Assembly: GCA_033581555.1 (NCBI GenBank)
Contig: JAVQSZ010000005.1
Location: 32,001 to 96,000 of the forward strand
Reading direction: 5' to 3'
DNA length: 64,000 nucleotides
DNA from: Nitrososphaerota archaeon
Lineage (GTDB): Archaea > Thermoproteota > Nitrososphaeria_A > Caldarchaeales > Calditenuaceae
Shown: in pieces, positions 10,013-21,428 of the stretch
How the letters are laid out: every line of letters begins with the position of its first letter
Position numbering within the stretch: position 1 is the stretch's first letter
The notes under the pieces: generated by a model
What the model was told of the DNA's origin: nothing
The model's input: only the letters and a program-made list of their open reading frames with translations
Databases searched by the model: none
Made by a program: the position numbers and the translations under genes

Positions 10013-10571
10013 GCGGCTCGCGGCCCAGAGGGCCGCTCTCGCGGTGCTCCTCGGGCCCGTGGTCTTCCTCCTCGCGCTCGGTTTCGAACCCCTCACAGAG
10101 GAGCCCGTTCCGTCGCTGAGCCATAGGGACCTGAAGGGAGACGGCTGGTTGGGGTACAGGCTCGGTTACGCGGGGACCGCGATGCTGCTCCTCGCGCAGG
10201 CCTACCTCTTCAGGCCTGGGATGCTGGCGAGGAGGGAGTGGCTCGACGTCCACTGCTACCTCACCACCGCCGGCGGCCTCCTCGTGCTGGTCCACTCGGG
10301 CTTCCCGTTCTCGTTCGAGTACTGGAACCCCTTTGAGCGGGTCTATCCGCGCCTCGGGCTCTACGGACTGGTCGGGCTGCAGGGGCTCGCAGCCTGGCTG
10401 GTCGTCGCGCTGGTCGCCAGCGGCCTCTTCGGGAGGTACGCCCGCGCCTCGTCCCCGGCGGCCTTCAGGCTCTGGCGCGCACTCCACTCCGCGCTCTCGG
10501 GGGCGCTCTACGTCTCCGGGACCGTGCACCTAGTCATCGCGGTCCTCCTCAGACACGTGTCGGCCGCGTGA
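9996..10571 (+). CDS. Membrane protein with four His in or near TM helices (cytochrome b/ferric-reductase TM-like)
   Basis: WLDVHCYL, LVLVHSG, WRALHSAL, GTVHLV; overlaps the nitroreductase stop. Confidence 0.65.
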   Translation: MGGPRERLAAQRAALAVLLGPVVFLLALGFEPLTEEPVPSLSHRDLKGDGWLGYRLGYAGTAMLLLAQAYLFRPGMLARREWLDVHCYLTTAGGLLVLVHSGFPFSFEYWNPFERVYPRLGLYGLVGLQGLAAWLVVALVASGLFGRYARASSPAAFRLWRALHSALSGALYVSGTVHLVIAVLLRHVSAA

Positions 10572-10670
10572 CTCCTGACTCGACCCAAGTCGCTTCACGG
10601 TAGGTCGAGGCCACGGTCGGTCCACTGAGCCGATCCCGAGTTTCGGCAAAACTGCGACCATTGACGGATG

Positions 10671-12245
<1,575 letters not shown>

Positions 12246-12385
12246 TAGACCCGAAGCGTGACCTCGGGTCCTCATCCTGTAGCCAGGACCGGATACCGCC
12301 CCATCACCGCCGGCGCCTCTCGCCTCCCTCTGGGGCGGCGCCGCCTTGAGTCCTGGCTCCAACTCTATTCATACAAATGGTCGCC

Positions 12386-12400
12386 AAATAAATCTTACGC
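12386..12400 (-). promoter_or_regulatory. Probable 16S rRNA promoter
   Basis: TTTATTT on minus at 12392-12386, upstream of a GC-rich structured leader. Confidence 0.6.
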
Positions 12401-12487
12401 GACCATCGACTAGCACCGAGCCCTGACCGATACCGTGGATCGACTCGCCATCGTGTCAGCCTCAAGTGGAGGGTCGAGCGCGGTCCC

Positions 12488-13195
12488 ATGGGCTTGAGCG
12501 CGGCCGACGGCCTCGGGTTCAGGACCGGCCTCGAGCCGCTGGACTCCGCGACCGGAGGGCTGCCCCGTGGCAAGCTCCTCGTGATATCCGGAGAGGAGAA
12601 GTCGGGCAGGACGAGCCTCCTCCTCCAGCTCTGCGCGATCGCGGCCTCGGAGGGACGGAGGTGCCTACTGATCGACCCGGCATCGAAGCTGCACGCCTCT
12701 AGACTGAAGTCGGTCTGCGAGGCGCGACGGGCCGACCTCTCCGTGATCTGGATATCCTCGCCGCAGACGCTCAGGGAGCAGACGAGGTACATCCTCAAGG
12801 CCGCAGAGCTCCTGGACGAGGGCGGCGTGCTGGCCGTCGACAACTTGACCTACCTGTACCGCGTCGAGCTTACCGGAGACCTCGCCTCGGACAGGCCGAA
12901 GTTCATGGAGCTGGCGTTCGAGTTAGCGGCCTTGAAGCATGCCGCGCTCAGGTGGGAGTCCCTCTCGGCGGTCGTCTTCGACGTCCACGACGTCCCATCG
13001 GCAGGTCCCTTCGCGACCAGGCCCGTATCGGAGAACCTGCTGAGGCACTTCGCGGACCTGAGGGTCCACCTGACCAACGTCTCGGGGGAGCTGAAGTCGC
13101 TGACGTACGAGCTCGGCGAGCTCTCGGGTAAGCTGACCGTGAGGACCACGTCCTCCGGGATCGAGCCGGTCCCTCAACCGCCCGCCGTCTTCTGA
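12488..13195 (+). CDS. radB: RadB-like RecA/Rad51 paralog
   Basis: TGLEPLDSATGGLPRG, Walker A GEEKSGRT, Walker B LAVDNL; no N-terminal HhH domain. Confidence 0.75.
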   Translation: MGLSAADGLGFRTGLEPLDSATGGLPRGKLLVISGEEKSGRTSLLLQLCAIAASEGRRCLLIDPASKLHASRLKSVCEARRADLSVIWISSPQTLREQTRYILKAAELLDEGGVLAVDNLTYLYRVELTGDLASDRPKFMELAFELAALKHAALRWESLSAVVFDVHDVPSAGPFATRPVSENLLRHFADLRVHLTNVSGELKSLTYELGELSGKLTVRTTSSGIEPVPQPPAVF

Positions 13196-13563
13196 AGGAA
13201 GGCCAGCAGGACCGTAAGGAGCCCGAGGATGATCAGGCCGGCCGAGGCTGCCGCCACACCGCCGCCCCTGGTGCCGAGCCTGCCCGTAAGGCCGAGGTGG
13301 AGGACGAAGAGGCCGCCGGTCGTCAACGAGTACCCCAGCGCGACCAACACGAACTCCGAGATCGTCTGGCCCGTGAGCGACGGGAAGATCGCCTGCCTCC
13401 CGTAGAGCGGCGGTGGGGCTGAGACGAGGACGTAGACGAGCCCGCTCGCGATGAGGATCGACGCGATGACTGCCGCGACGCCCAGGAACGACTTCAGCCT
13501 CTCCGAGCCTCCCCTGTAGGTCAGGACCTGGAAGACGAACCTGGCGACCCTCCGTGCCATCAT
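13174..13563 (-). CDS. Three-TM protein resembling oligosaccharyltransferase subunit OSTC(DC2)/OST3-OST6 C-terminal domain
   Basis: SGLVYVLVSAPPP...IFPSLTGQTISEFVLVALGYSLTTGGLFVL pattern. Confidence 0.6.
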   Translation of the reverse strand: MMARRVARFVFQVLTYRGGSERLKSFLGVAAVIASILIASGLVYVLVSAPPPLYGRQAIFPSLTGQTISEFVLVALGYSLTTGGLFVLHLGLTGRLGTRGGGVAAASAGLIILGLLTVLLAFLQKTAGG

Positions 13564-13585
13564 GGCTCGAATCGGACGCCCGGCT

Positions 13586-14593
13586 TTATGGATGACCCCC
13601 CGAACCCTCGGGCGATTCGTAGAGGTGGCAGGCGACGTACCTCTCCCCCCTGACCCTGACGAGGGCCGGGTCCACGACGTCGCACTTGCCCTTCATGAAG
13701 AAGGGGCACCTCGGGTGGAACCTGCAGCCCGAAGGCGGGTTCACAAGGCTCGGCGGCTGGCCCGGAGCCACCTTCCTCATCCTGAACCTGTTCGCCGGGT
13801 CTGGGTCCGGTATCGCCTCGATGAGGGCCTGCGTGTAGGGGTGAAGGGGCTCGCCGAGGACCTCCCTTGTGGGCCCGAGCTCGACGATCTTCCCGGCGTA
13901 CATGATCGCGATCCTCTCGGAGAAGTACTTCGCGGTCGCCATGTCGTGGGTGATGTAGAGGAACGAGACGTTGTGCTTCTGCTGGATCTCCTTGAATAGC
14001 AGCAGTATCTCGACCCTAATCGAGGCGTCGAGCATCGAGACGGGCTCGTCCGCGACGACGAAGTCCGGGTTCGTGATGATCGCCCTCGCGATCGCGACCC
14101 TCTGCCTCTGCCCCCCGCTGAGCATGTGCGGGTACTTGGACGCGAAGAACTCGGGAGGCGTCAGCCTGACGTCCTCGAGCGCCCTCATCACCATCTCCCT
14201 CCTCTCCTCAGGCGTCCCGATCCCGTTGACGACGAGCGGCTCCTCGATGATCCTGTATACCGTGAAGACGGGGTTCAGGCTGGCGTAGGGGTCCTGGAAG
14301 ACGACGCCCATCCTCCTCCTGATGCGCTTCATGCCCTTCTCGTCGAGTCTCGTTATGTCGGTCCCGTCGAAGACTATCCTGCCACCGCTCGGCTTGACCA
14401 GTCCCAGTAACGCTCTGCCGAGGGTCGTCTTGCCCGACCCGCTCTCGCCGACCAGCGCGATCGTCTCGCCCTTAGAGACCTCGAGGCTGACCCCGTCCAC
14501 CGCCCTAACGTACCCGGCCGTCCTCAGGAACCTCCTTATCGGGAAGTAGACCTTCAGGTCCTCGACCGAGATCAGGCGTCCGGCGTCAGCCAC
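13586..14593 (-). CDS. oppF: Oligopeptide ABC transporter ATP-binding protein (OppF-like)
   Basis: GESGSGKT, YPHMLSGGQRQR, DEPVSMLD, HPYT, GCRFHPRCP. Confidence 0.95.
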   Translation of the reverse strand: MADAGRLISVEDLKVYFPIRRFLRTAGYVRAVDGVSLEVSKGETIALVGESGSGKTTLGRALLGLVKPSGGRIVFDGTDITRLDEKGMKRIRRRMGVVFQDPYASLNPVFTVYRIIEEPLVVNGIGTPEERREMVMRALEDVRLTPPEFFASKYPHMLSGGQRQRVAIARAIITNPDFVVADEPVSMLDASIRVEILLLFKEIQQKHNVSFLYITHDMATAKYFSERIAIMYAGKIVELGPTREVLGEPLHPYTQALIEAIPDPDPANRFRMRKVAPGQPPSLVNPPSGCRFHPRCPFFMKGKCDVVDPALVRVRGERYVACHLYESPEGSGGHP

Positions 14594-15584
14594 CGCCCCT
14601 CTCCTCCATCAACCAGCAGGCGACCAAGTGGTCCGAGTTGACCCTGAACTCCCTCGGGACCTCTACGTCGCACTTGCCCTTCATGAAGAACGGGCACCTC
14701 GGGTGGAACCTGCAGCCCGAAGGCGGGTTGATCAGGTCCGGAGGCGTCCCGGGTATGAAGGTCGGAGGCCTATCGGCCCTCAGCATCGGCACGCTCTCGA
14801 GGAGCAGCTTGGAGTAGGGGTGCTTCGGTTCGGTGTACACTTTGTCCGCGGGGCCGAGCTCGACGATCTTGCCCCCGTACATCACGCCTACCCTGTCGGC
14901 CAGCTCGCTGGCGAGCGCCAGGTCGTGGGTGATGAAGATGTAGGTCAGGCCCAGCTCCGCCTTCAGCCTCTTCAGCAGGTTCATGATGTTCGCCTGCGTC
15001 ATCACGTCCAGCGCAGAAGTCGGCTCGTCGAGGATGATCAGCTTCGGCCTGGTGATCAGCGCCATCGCGATGAGCGCCCTCTGCTTCATGCCGCCGCTCA
15101 GCTCGTGGGGGTACCTGTTGACGACGGACCTCTCAAGCCCCACCAGCTCGAGCGCCTCCTCGGCCCTCTTGAGCGCCTCCTCCTTCGGGACGCCCATGTT
15201 GACGATCAACGACTCAGCGACCTGGAAGCCGACCCTCAAGACAGGGTTGAGCGAGTTCATGGCCCCCTGGAAGACCATCGAGATCCCTCCGACCCTGACT
15301 CTCCTCCTGAACTCCTCGTCGTTCATCCGCATCAGCTCCATCCCGTCGAAGAGTATCGAGCCCCGGTACTCCGCAACGTTCCTCGGAAGGATCCTGATAA
15401 TAGCTAGGGCGGTTGACGACTTCCCGCTCCCGCTCTCGCCCACCAACGCCAGCGTCTCGCCCAACCCGACGGAGAAGCTCACGCCGTCGACCGCCTTGAC
15501 CTCACCGGCCCTCGTGGAGTACTTCAGCACCAGGTCGGTGACTTTGAGCAGAGGTTCGCCCGCCTCCGGACCCAAGGAACTCAC
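14586..15584 (-). CDS. oppD: Oligopeptide ABC transporter ATP-binding protein (OppD-like)
   Basis: GESGSGKS, YPHELSGGMKQR, DEPTSALDV, GCRFHPRCP. Confidence 0.95.
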   Translation of the reverse strand: MSSLGPEAGEPLLKVTDLVLKYSTRAGEVKAVDGVSFSVGLGETLALVGESGSGKSSTALAIIRILPRNVAEYRGSILFDGMELMRMNDEEFRRRVRVGGISMVFQGAMNSLNPVLRVGFQVAESLIVNMGVPKEEALKRAEEALELVGLERSVVNRYPHELSGGMKQRALIAMALITRPKLIILDEPTSALDVMTQANIMNLLKRLKAELGLTYIFITHDLALASELADRVGVMYGGKIVELGPADKVYTEPKHPYSKLLLESVPMLRADRPPTFIPGTPPDLINPPSGCRFHPRCPFFMKGKCDVEVPREFRVNSDHLVACWLMEERGGG

Positions 15585-15805
15585 CCTCTGCGCGCGACGT
15601 ACCCGTACGCACCGTGGAGTCCTATCGCGAGCCCCGTCAGCGAGAGCGCGTACGCAGCGAAGCTGAGGAGGAAGTCCTTCTCCAGGAACCCGACGACCAT
15701 CATGAAGGAGAGCAGGAACCCTGAGACGAGCATCAGCCCTCCTATCGCGATCTGGGCGCCCTCGGAGAGGGCAGTGGTCCTCACCTCGCCCTCGTAACCG
15801 GCCAT
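15581..15805 (-). CDS. Small two-TM hypothetical protein within the opp operon
   Basis: 74 aa, two hydrophobic helices; 4-bp overlap with oppD, 5-bp gap after oppC. Confidence 0.7.
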   Translation of the reverse strand: MAGYEGEVRTTALSEGAQIAIGGLMLVSGFLLSFMMVVGFLEKDFLLSFAAYALSLTGLAIGLHGAYGYVARRG

Positions 15806-15810
15806 TTAGC

Positions 15811-17220
15811 CTAGACCTCCCTCAACCTCGGGTTAAAGATCTTGTCGAGCGCGAGGCCCAACGAGACGAAGCCGATCGCGGTCAACACCACCAGGAAGGA
15901 GGGCTCGAGGATCCAGTAGTAATATCCCTTGAAGAGCGAGCCGCCGTAGAAGGCGTCCTGGATCACCTTGCCCCACGTGGGCGTCAGAGGGTCGCCGAGC
16001 CCGAGGATGGCCAGAGCCGCCTCGAGGAAGACGAAGTCCGGCACCGCCAAAACTATAGGGGGTATCGCCGTCGGGAGGACCCTCGGTATCAGGTGGACGA
16101 AGACGATCCTCGGACTGCTGACGCCGTACGCCTTCGCTGCCTCGACATACGCCAGCTCCCTCAGCTGGAGGAACTGGGCCCTGTAGAACTTCACGCCCGC
16201 GCCCAACGATGAGAACGCAATCACCACGAGCAGGATCGACCAGATGCTCAGCTTGTAGAGCGTCTGGATCATGATCAAGACCGGGAGCAGGGGCAGGACT
16301 ATCACGATCTCGTTCACCCTCTGGACCACGTTGTCGAAGACCCTGCTGTACCACGCGCTAAGGGCCCCTATCGTTATCTGGGTGAGGGCGATCGAGACGG
16401 CGGCCACGACCCCGAACGCCAGCGCCACCGGGGTCCCCCAGAGGAGGGCAATCCCTATGTCGCGCCTCAGGTGGTCCGTCCCGGCCCAGCCGTAGACCTT
16501 ACCGTAGACTACGAGCCTCGCGTCGAAGTCTGACTGCGGGTCGAAGAACAGGCCCTCTATCATCAATCTGTACGTGCCCCTCATCACCTGGAGGGTCTCC
16601 TGACTCAGCATGGACGCGTCCTCGACGCCGAAGAGCACGATCGGCGCCGTAAGCTCATAACCTGGCCTCTGCCCGGTCTTCGCCTGTAGCCTGCTGACCG
16701 CCTCGGCCGTTATCCTCGGATCCGTCATCAGGTAATAGCTCCCGTTGCTGGCCACCGCGAACTTCTTCAGCTCGATCTGTGTGCCGTCCGGCTTGACCCA
16801 GGACATCGTCACCTGCGGCGGCGAGACCGCGTACCTCACCCTGTAGAAGACGTTGATCTCGGAGGGGAAGTCGTCGTAGTCGAACCGGAACGAGAGCTCC
16901 GCCTTGTACACCCTGAGCTGCTCGCCCGCCGGGACGACGACCTTTATCGAGCCGGGCCCCGGTTTTGCGGTGTCGACGACGATCGTCTCAGGCAGCCGCT
17001 TCTGGACTATCCACGAGTACCAGGTCGGGTATGCGAAACGTGGCGTCTCGACCCAGTGCAGCTCCCCGGCCCTCCAGAGCCTCACCGCCTCGTCATACGG
17101 TATCGTCACCATGGTGTAGACCGAGAGGACGACGAGTCCAGCGATTATTGCGATCCCTATGACCGCGGACTTGTAGGAGAGGACGAGCTTGAGGTTCTCG
17201 GAGATCCTTCCCGCCGCCAA
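15811..17220 (-). CDS. oppC: Oligopeptide ABC transporter permease (OppC-like) with large extracellular insert
   Basis: GTDHLRRD, YVEAAKAYG (EAA loop), EAALAILGLG, TWG. Confidence 0.92.
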   Translation of the reverse strand: MAAGRISENLKLVLSYKSAVIGIAIIAGLVVLSVYTMVTIPYDEAVRLWRAGELHWVETPRFAYPTWYSWIVQKRLPETIVVDTAKPGPGSIKVVVPAGEQLRVYKAELSFRFDYDDFPSEINVFYRVRYAVSPPQVTMSWVKPDGTQIELKKFAVASNGSYYLMTDPRITAEAVSRLQAKTGQRPGYELTAPIVLFGVEDASMLSQETLQVMRGTYRLMIEGLFFDPQSDFDARLVVYGKVYGWAGTDHLRRDIGIALLWGTPVALAFGVVAAVSIALTQITIGALSAWYSRVFDNVVQRVNEIVIVLPLLPVLIMIQTLYKLSIWSILLVVIAFSSLGAGVKFYRAQFLQLRELAYVEAAKAYGVSSPRIVFVHLIPRVLPTAIPPIVLAVPDFVFLEAALAILGLGDPLTPTWGKVIQDAFYGGSLFKGYYYWILEPSFLVVLTAIGFVSLGLALDKIFNPRLREV

Positions 17221-18285
17221 CTACCTCAACCCCGCCCTGATCCTCGGGTCGACGAGCGCGTAGACCAAGTCGAGGATGAAGACGGTGATCACCACGAGGT
17301 AGGCGTAGATGACTACCAGCCCTACTAGCACGGGCGTGTCGAAGATGTGGGCCGCCTCGTAGAAGAGCCTCCCGGTCCCGGGCCAGTTGAAGACCGTCTC
17401 GGTGATGATCGCGCCGGTCCAGGAGGCGACGAGCGTCAGGGAGAAGTCCGTTATTATCGGGGGCAGCGTCGGCCTCAGCACGTATCTCCTCCTCACAAGG
17501 TGCTCGGGAATTCCCTTGGCCTTCGCGACCTCGACGAAGTCCTCACTCGAGTAGATGAGGAAGAAGGTCCTCCTGCTGTAGATGCTGAAGAACGAGAAGG
17601 CGACGAGCCACGACATTATGGGGAGGATCATGTGCTTGAGGACGCTGAGCGCGTAGAGGAACCTATCCTCGGGAGGGGGAATGTCGACCATGCCGCCGTA
17701 GGGAAGGACCCTGAGCCACGAGGCGAAGACCAGGATCAGGAAGATGCCGTAGAACCACCCAGGTATCGCGGAGAGCGTCGCTAGGTAGGAGAAGGTCCTG
17801 TCCGTCTTGGTCCCGTATCTCCTGCTGAGGTAGAGGCCCCCGACGAGCCCGATCGCGAAGATCAGCATCTGCACTGTGGTGAAGAGGAGTATCGTGCTGG
17901 GTAGCCTCTCCAGTATGATCAACCTGACGCTCCTCGAGCCGGAGTCGCTGGTCAGGAACAGGGCCCTCCCGAGGTCGAGCGTTATCGCGTCCCTGAGGTA
18001 GATGAGGCTCCTGACGAAGAAGGGCTGGTCCAGTCCGAGCTCCCTGACCCTCTGGTTGAAGACCTCCATGACCAGCTGGTTGAAGGCGGTCTCGTTGAGC
18101 CCCCTGAACGCGGGGTTCTGCCTCAAGCTGGTGGAGACCTCGAAGAGCAGCTCGCCCTTCACGATCTCGTCGACGTAGCCCCCCATGTTCGCGACCAGTA
18201 TCGTGAGGTAAACGGCCACCACTACGGTGAGCATGAGAACACCAGCTCGCTTGGCCAAGTAAACGGCTGCGCCGGGAATCTTCAT
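17221..18285 (-). CDS. oppB: Oligopeptide ABC transporter permease (OppB-like)
   Basis: LGLDQP, ERLPST, DFVEVAKAKG, ITETVFNWPG. Confidence 0.93.
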   Translation of the reverse strand: MKIPGAAVYLAKRAGVLMLTVVVAVYLTILVANMGGYVDEIVKGELLFEVSTSLRQNPAFRGLNETAFNQLVMEVFNQRVRELGLDQPFFVRSLIYLRDAITLDLGRALFLTSDSGSRSVRLIILERLPSTILLFTTVQMLIFAIGLVGGLYLSRRYGTKTDRTFSYLATLSAIPGWFYGIFLILVFASWLRVLPYGGMVDIPPPEDRFLYALSVLKHMILPIMSWLVAFSFFSIYSRRTFFLIYSSEDFVEVAKAKGIPEHLVRRRYVLRPTLPPIITDFSLTLVASWTGAIITETVFNWPGTGRLFYEAAHIFDTPVLVGLVVIYAYLVVITVFILDLVYALVDPRIRAGLR

Positions 18286-18338
18286 TCAACCCAAAAAATG
18301 GGTCGTTGTGTTTATATAAGTTTCTGAAAATCCGGGGC

Positions 18339-21053
18339 TTACGAAGCCTTCCGTCCCCTGACGAGCGAGAGGCCGACGCTGGCTAGGGCTAGCACCAGCG
18401 CCAGTACCGCGAGGGCGGTGGTAAGCGTCAGGCTGCCCTGGACGTTCTGGACCGAGGTGTTGACCTCCCTGAGCTGCTGGCTCACCGCGTCCAGCGACGA
18501 CCTGAGCCCAGCTATCTTGGTGTCCGCGTCGGCCTTCGCCTTCGCTATCTCGCCGAGGATCGTGTCTTTGAAGCTGAGCACCGTGACGGGCGTGGTGACC
18601 GAGACCGGAATCCCCACGAGCTTCGAGACGACGATGGCCTCAACGGTCGCGGCACCGGTCGGCAGCAAGTAGGTCTGCTCAGGCTTCAGGACGATCCTCC
18701 AGAGGCCGTCGCTAACGGGCTCGGCCAGTCCGACCGACACACCGGCGGGGCTGGTAAGGATGTACTTGATGAAGGCGATGTCATCTGTCCTGTAGGGCCT
18801 GCCCTGGAACGTGACCGAGAGCCTCAGCTCAGTCGGGAATCCCTGCTCCACCGTCGGGACCTGCACGAACCTGGCCTCTGGGATCATCGGCGTCGCGAAC
18901 CTCGCCCACTTCTCCGCGGTGTCCGGGAACTCCCTGAACGCCTTCAGCACGACGATCTTAGCGGTGACGTCGACCCTGTCGAGGAAGAACGGTCCATTGC
19001 CCACGAGGAAGTGGCCCCTCGAGGCATGCCACGCAGCGAGGTTCCTGTACCTGGCAACCGCCTCCTCCCTCTTGACGTACTTACCGAGGACCTTCTCGAA
19101 CGGGATGTAGCCGGTCTCGATGGCCCTGTCGAGGTGCTTCTTCAGTATCGCAAGCGACGGACCCGCGAGGAGGTTCATCCACTCGACCTTGAGTTTGGTC
19201 GCCTTGGCGGAGCTGAAGGCCAGCTCTCCCGCAGCCTCCGCGAGGGCGCCTATCGCGACTACGTGCCACGGACCTGGGCCTTGCGAGTAATCGGTGAAGA
19301 ACCAGCCCGCAGCCTCCGCAGCTATCCACTCAGCGTCGAGGTAGATCCTGTCCGAGTAGACCTCGATGACGAGCGGGTTCTCATTGATTATCCTGAGCCC
19401 CTTGAAGACCTCCCTGAACTCCCTGAAGGTCGGCAAGTAGGACTCGTCGTAGAGCGGGCTGTTCTTGTCGGCCCTCTCGAACGTGAGAATGAACGAGAAG
19501 ACGATGTCGGCGATCGACATGGTGCTCCCGTCATGGAACTTGCGCTTGAACAGGTCGTCCTCGTAGTAAACCACCGTCTTGACCTTCGCCGTCGTGCCCG
19601 GCGGCGTAGTCACTATCTCTTGCTTAACCGCGTCCCACCCATACCAGGCGTCAGTCGGAACCGTTATCTCCGGCACGAACTTGAGCGTCACCCAGTCGAG
19701 CGTCACGCCGACCGGGTTCCCGAAGGTCACGAAGACATCAGCGCCCTTGATCCTTTGTGGCCAGTAGAGCCCCGTGAACGGGTCGGGCATGACCGCTGGG
19801 TCCGACGTGGCCCTCAAGTAGAACATGTCGAATATCCAGTTGCTGCCGGCCACCGGATTGACCGGGTCGACGAGCAGGTTGGTCGAGGCGATCTTAACCG
19901 AGCCGCCGACCCTGTCTACGTACCTGATCGTGTAGGGCCAAAGCCTGGAACCAGAGTAGCCGCCGGCCAGGTCATAGGTGACGGAGACCTCCTTCCTAGC
20001 AGGCCAGGGCGATATCAGGTGAACTAGCCAGACCCTCACGGAGTCCTTCATCGAGAGCGTCAGCGCCTTGCTCATCAGCTCGTCGCGCTCCGCAATAGTG
20101 GTGAAGTCTCTGTTCCAAAGGCGGCTCGCGACCTTGTCGAACTCGGGGTCGGGCTTGTATGCCTGCCAGAGCGGCACCGGCTGGCCCCTAGGCGTGTAGA
20201 AGAACCCGAAGTTGTCACCTTCGTCCCTGCTAATGGCCGTCGTGATCCATCCGCCGGTGTAGAGGTGCCACTGCCCCTCAGCAGGATCACCTCTCAACCA
20301 GATCGGCGCGGCCTCCCTCGCGGTCTTATACTGCCTGTCGACAACGAAGCCAATCTTCTCGAGCTGCGAGGAGATGTAGTCTCCTATCGGCCTCCTGGCG
20401 TCCTCGACCCTGATGACGAAGATCAGGGTGACAGGCTCGCCCTTGTAGTGCCACTTGCCGTCCCTGAGCTCGGCCCCTAGTTTCCTCATCTCTTCAGTGA
20501 TGATCGTCCTGGCCTTCTCGAAGTTGAACGAGTACTCCCTCTCTATCTGGCGGATCAGGTCGGCGTACCTCGCGTAGTCCGGGAACGAGGGCGTAAGGAC
20601 CGTGAACCTAGGTATCGCCATGCCACCCATGATCTCGTTAGCGATGTAGGACCTGTCGATCAGATAGTTCATTGCCTCCCTTATCCTCGGGACCGAGAAC
20701 GGGTTCAGCTTCTTGGTCTTAGGGAACTCGGGCCCAACGGGGTTGAAGGTCAGCTCGTAGTACAGCCCGTAAGACACCGCGTAGCGGAGGTCCGGCGACT
20801 CCCTTACCTTCTTAAAGTTAGCTGGGTCCCTTAGCGACCAGAAGTAGACGTGCATCTCGTTCTTGAGGAGCATGTCGATGGCCTTCGTCTCATCCGCCTC
20901 GATGAAGAAGCTGACCTCGTCGATCCATGGACCCTTCGGGGCCGCCTGCGCGTACGCAGGCGCGAAGGATGCCAAAGCCGTCACAGCGAGCATCGCGGCC
21001 ATCAGCATCGCGGCTGTCCGCCAACCTCTTCCGGATCCGGAGAACATTTCCAT
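18339..21053 (-). CDS. oppA: Oligopeptide ABC transporter substrate-binding protein (family 5) with C-terminal coiled coil and TM anchor
   Basis: Signal peptide; NPFSVPRIREAMNYLIDR; KFHDG; C-terminal TM followed by a basic tail. Confidence 0.9.
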   Translation of the reverse strand: MEMFSGSGRGWRTAAMLMAAMLAVTALASFAPAYAQAAPKGPWIDEVSFFIEADETKAIDMLLKNEMHVYFWSLRDPANFKKVRESPDLRYAVSYGLYYELTFNPVGPEFPKTKKLNPFSVPRIREAMNYLIDRSYIANEIMGGMAIPRFTVLTPSFPDYARYADLIRQIEREYSFNFEKARTIITEEMRKLGAELRDGKWHYKGEPVTLIFVIRVEDARRPIGDYISSQLEKIGFVVDRQYKTAREAAPIWLRGDPAEGQWHLYTGGWITTAISRDEGDNFGFFYTPRGQPVPLWQAYKPDPEFDKVASRLWNRDFTTIAERDELMSKALTLSMKDSVRVWLVHLISPWPARKEVSVTYDLAGGYSGSRLWPYTIRYVDRVGGSVKIASTNLLVDPVNPVAGSNWIFDMFYLRATSDPAVMPDPFTGLYWPQRIKGADVFVTFGNPVGVTLDWVTLKFVPEITVPTDAWYGWDAVKQEIVTTPPGTTAKVKTVVYYEDDLFKRKFHDGSTMSIADIVFSFILTFERADKNSPLYDESYLPTFREFREVFKGLRIINENPLVIEVYSDRIYLDAEWIAAEAAGWFFTDYSQGPGPWHVVAIGALAEAAGELAFSSAKATKLKVEWMNLLAGPSLAILKKHLDRAIETGYIPFEKVLGKYVKREEAVARYRNLAAWHASRGHFLVGNGPFFLDRVDVTAKIVVLKAFREFPDTAEKWARFATPMIPEARFVQVPTVEQGFPTELRLSVTFQGRPYRTDDIAFIKYILTSPAGVSVGLAEPVSDGLWRIVLKPEQTYLLPTGAATVEAIVVSKLVGIPVSVTTPVTVLSFKDTILGEIAKAKADADTKIAGLRSSLDAVSQQLREVNTSVQNVQGSLTLTTALAVLALVLALASVGLSLVRGRKAS

Positions 21054-21302
21054 TGCAGCAATAGTAAAATACGCCCTTACTTAAGTTTTGCTTACAATCC
21101 TAATGCGGGATTTCGGTGAAATCGATGGAAGGTCTGCGACCGAACACCAAGCGTGGGACCTGTAGGACGAGCCGCGTCGCCCGTAGACCCTCGCTCCTGA
21201 CGAAACGACGGCTCAAGGACGCCTCCCGTAAGCGACAGCTGCGGGTTACCTAGGGCCGGCTGGTCTTCACGGTTAAATACGGACCTCAGGAAGGTCTGGT
21301 GT

Positions 21303-21428
21303 CCCCCGGTAGCTCAGCCTGGTAGAGCGCCCGGCTGTAGGGTCAGGCCGTGGCCGTGGACCCGCCAGCCTACCAGGCCACACGACGCGGGGACCGGGTG
21401 GTCGCAGGTTCAAGTCCTGCCCGGGGGA
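21303..21428 (+). tRNA. tRNA-Tyr(GTA) with 52-nt intron (21341-21392) at position 37/38
   Basis: CCCCCGG/CCGGGGG acceptor stem (C1-G72), anticodon GTA at 21337-21339, GGTTCAAGTCC T-arm, BHB at the splice sites; TTAAATA at 21273. Confidence 0.95.

Noticed and set aside
21165-21215. CTGACGAAAC inside a GAGCCG/CGGCTC stem, resembling a hammerhead core
   Set aside because: No stem II between CUGANGA and GAAA, so the core cannot form
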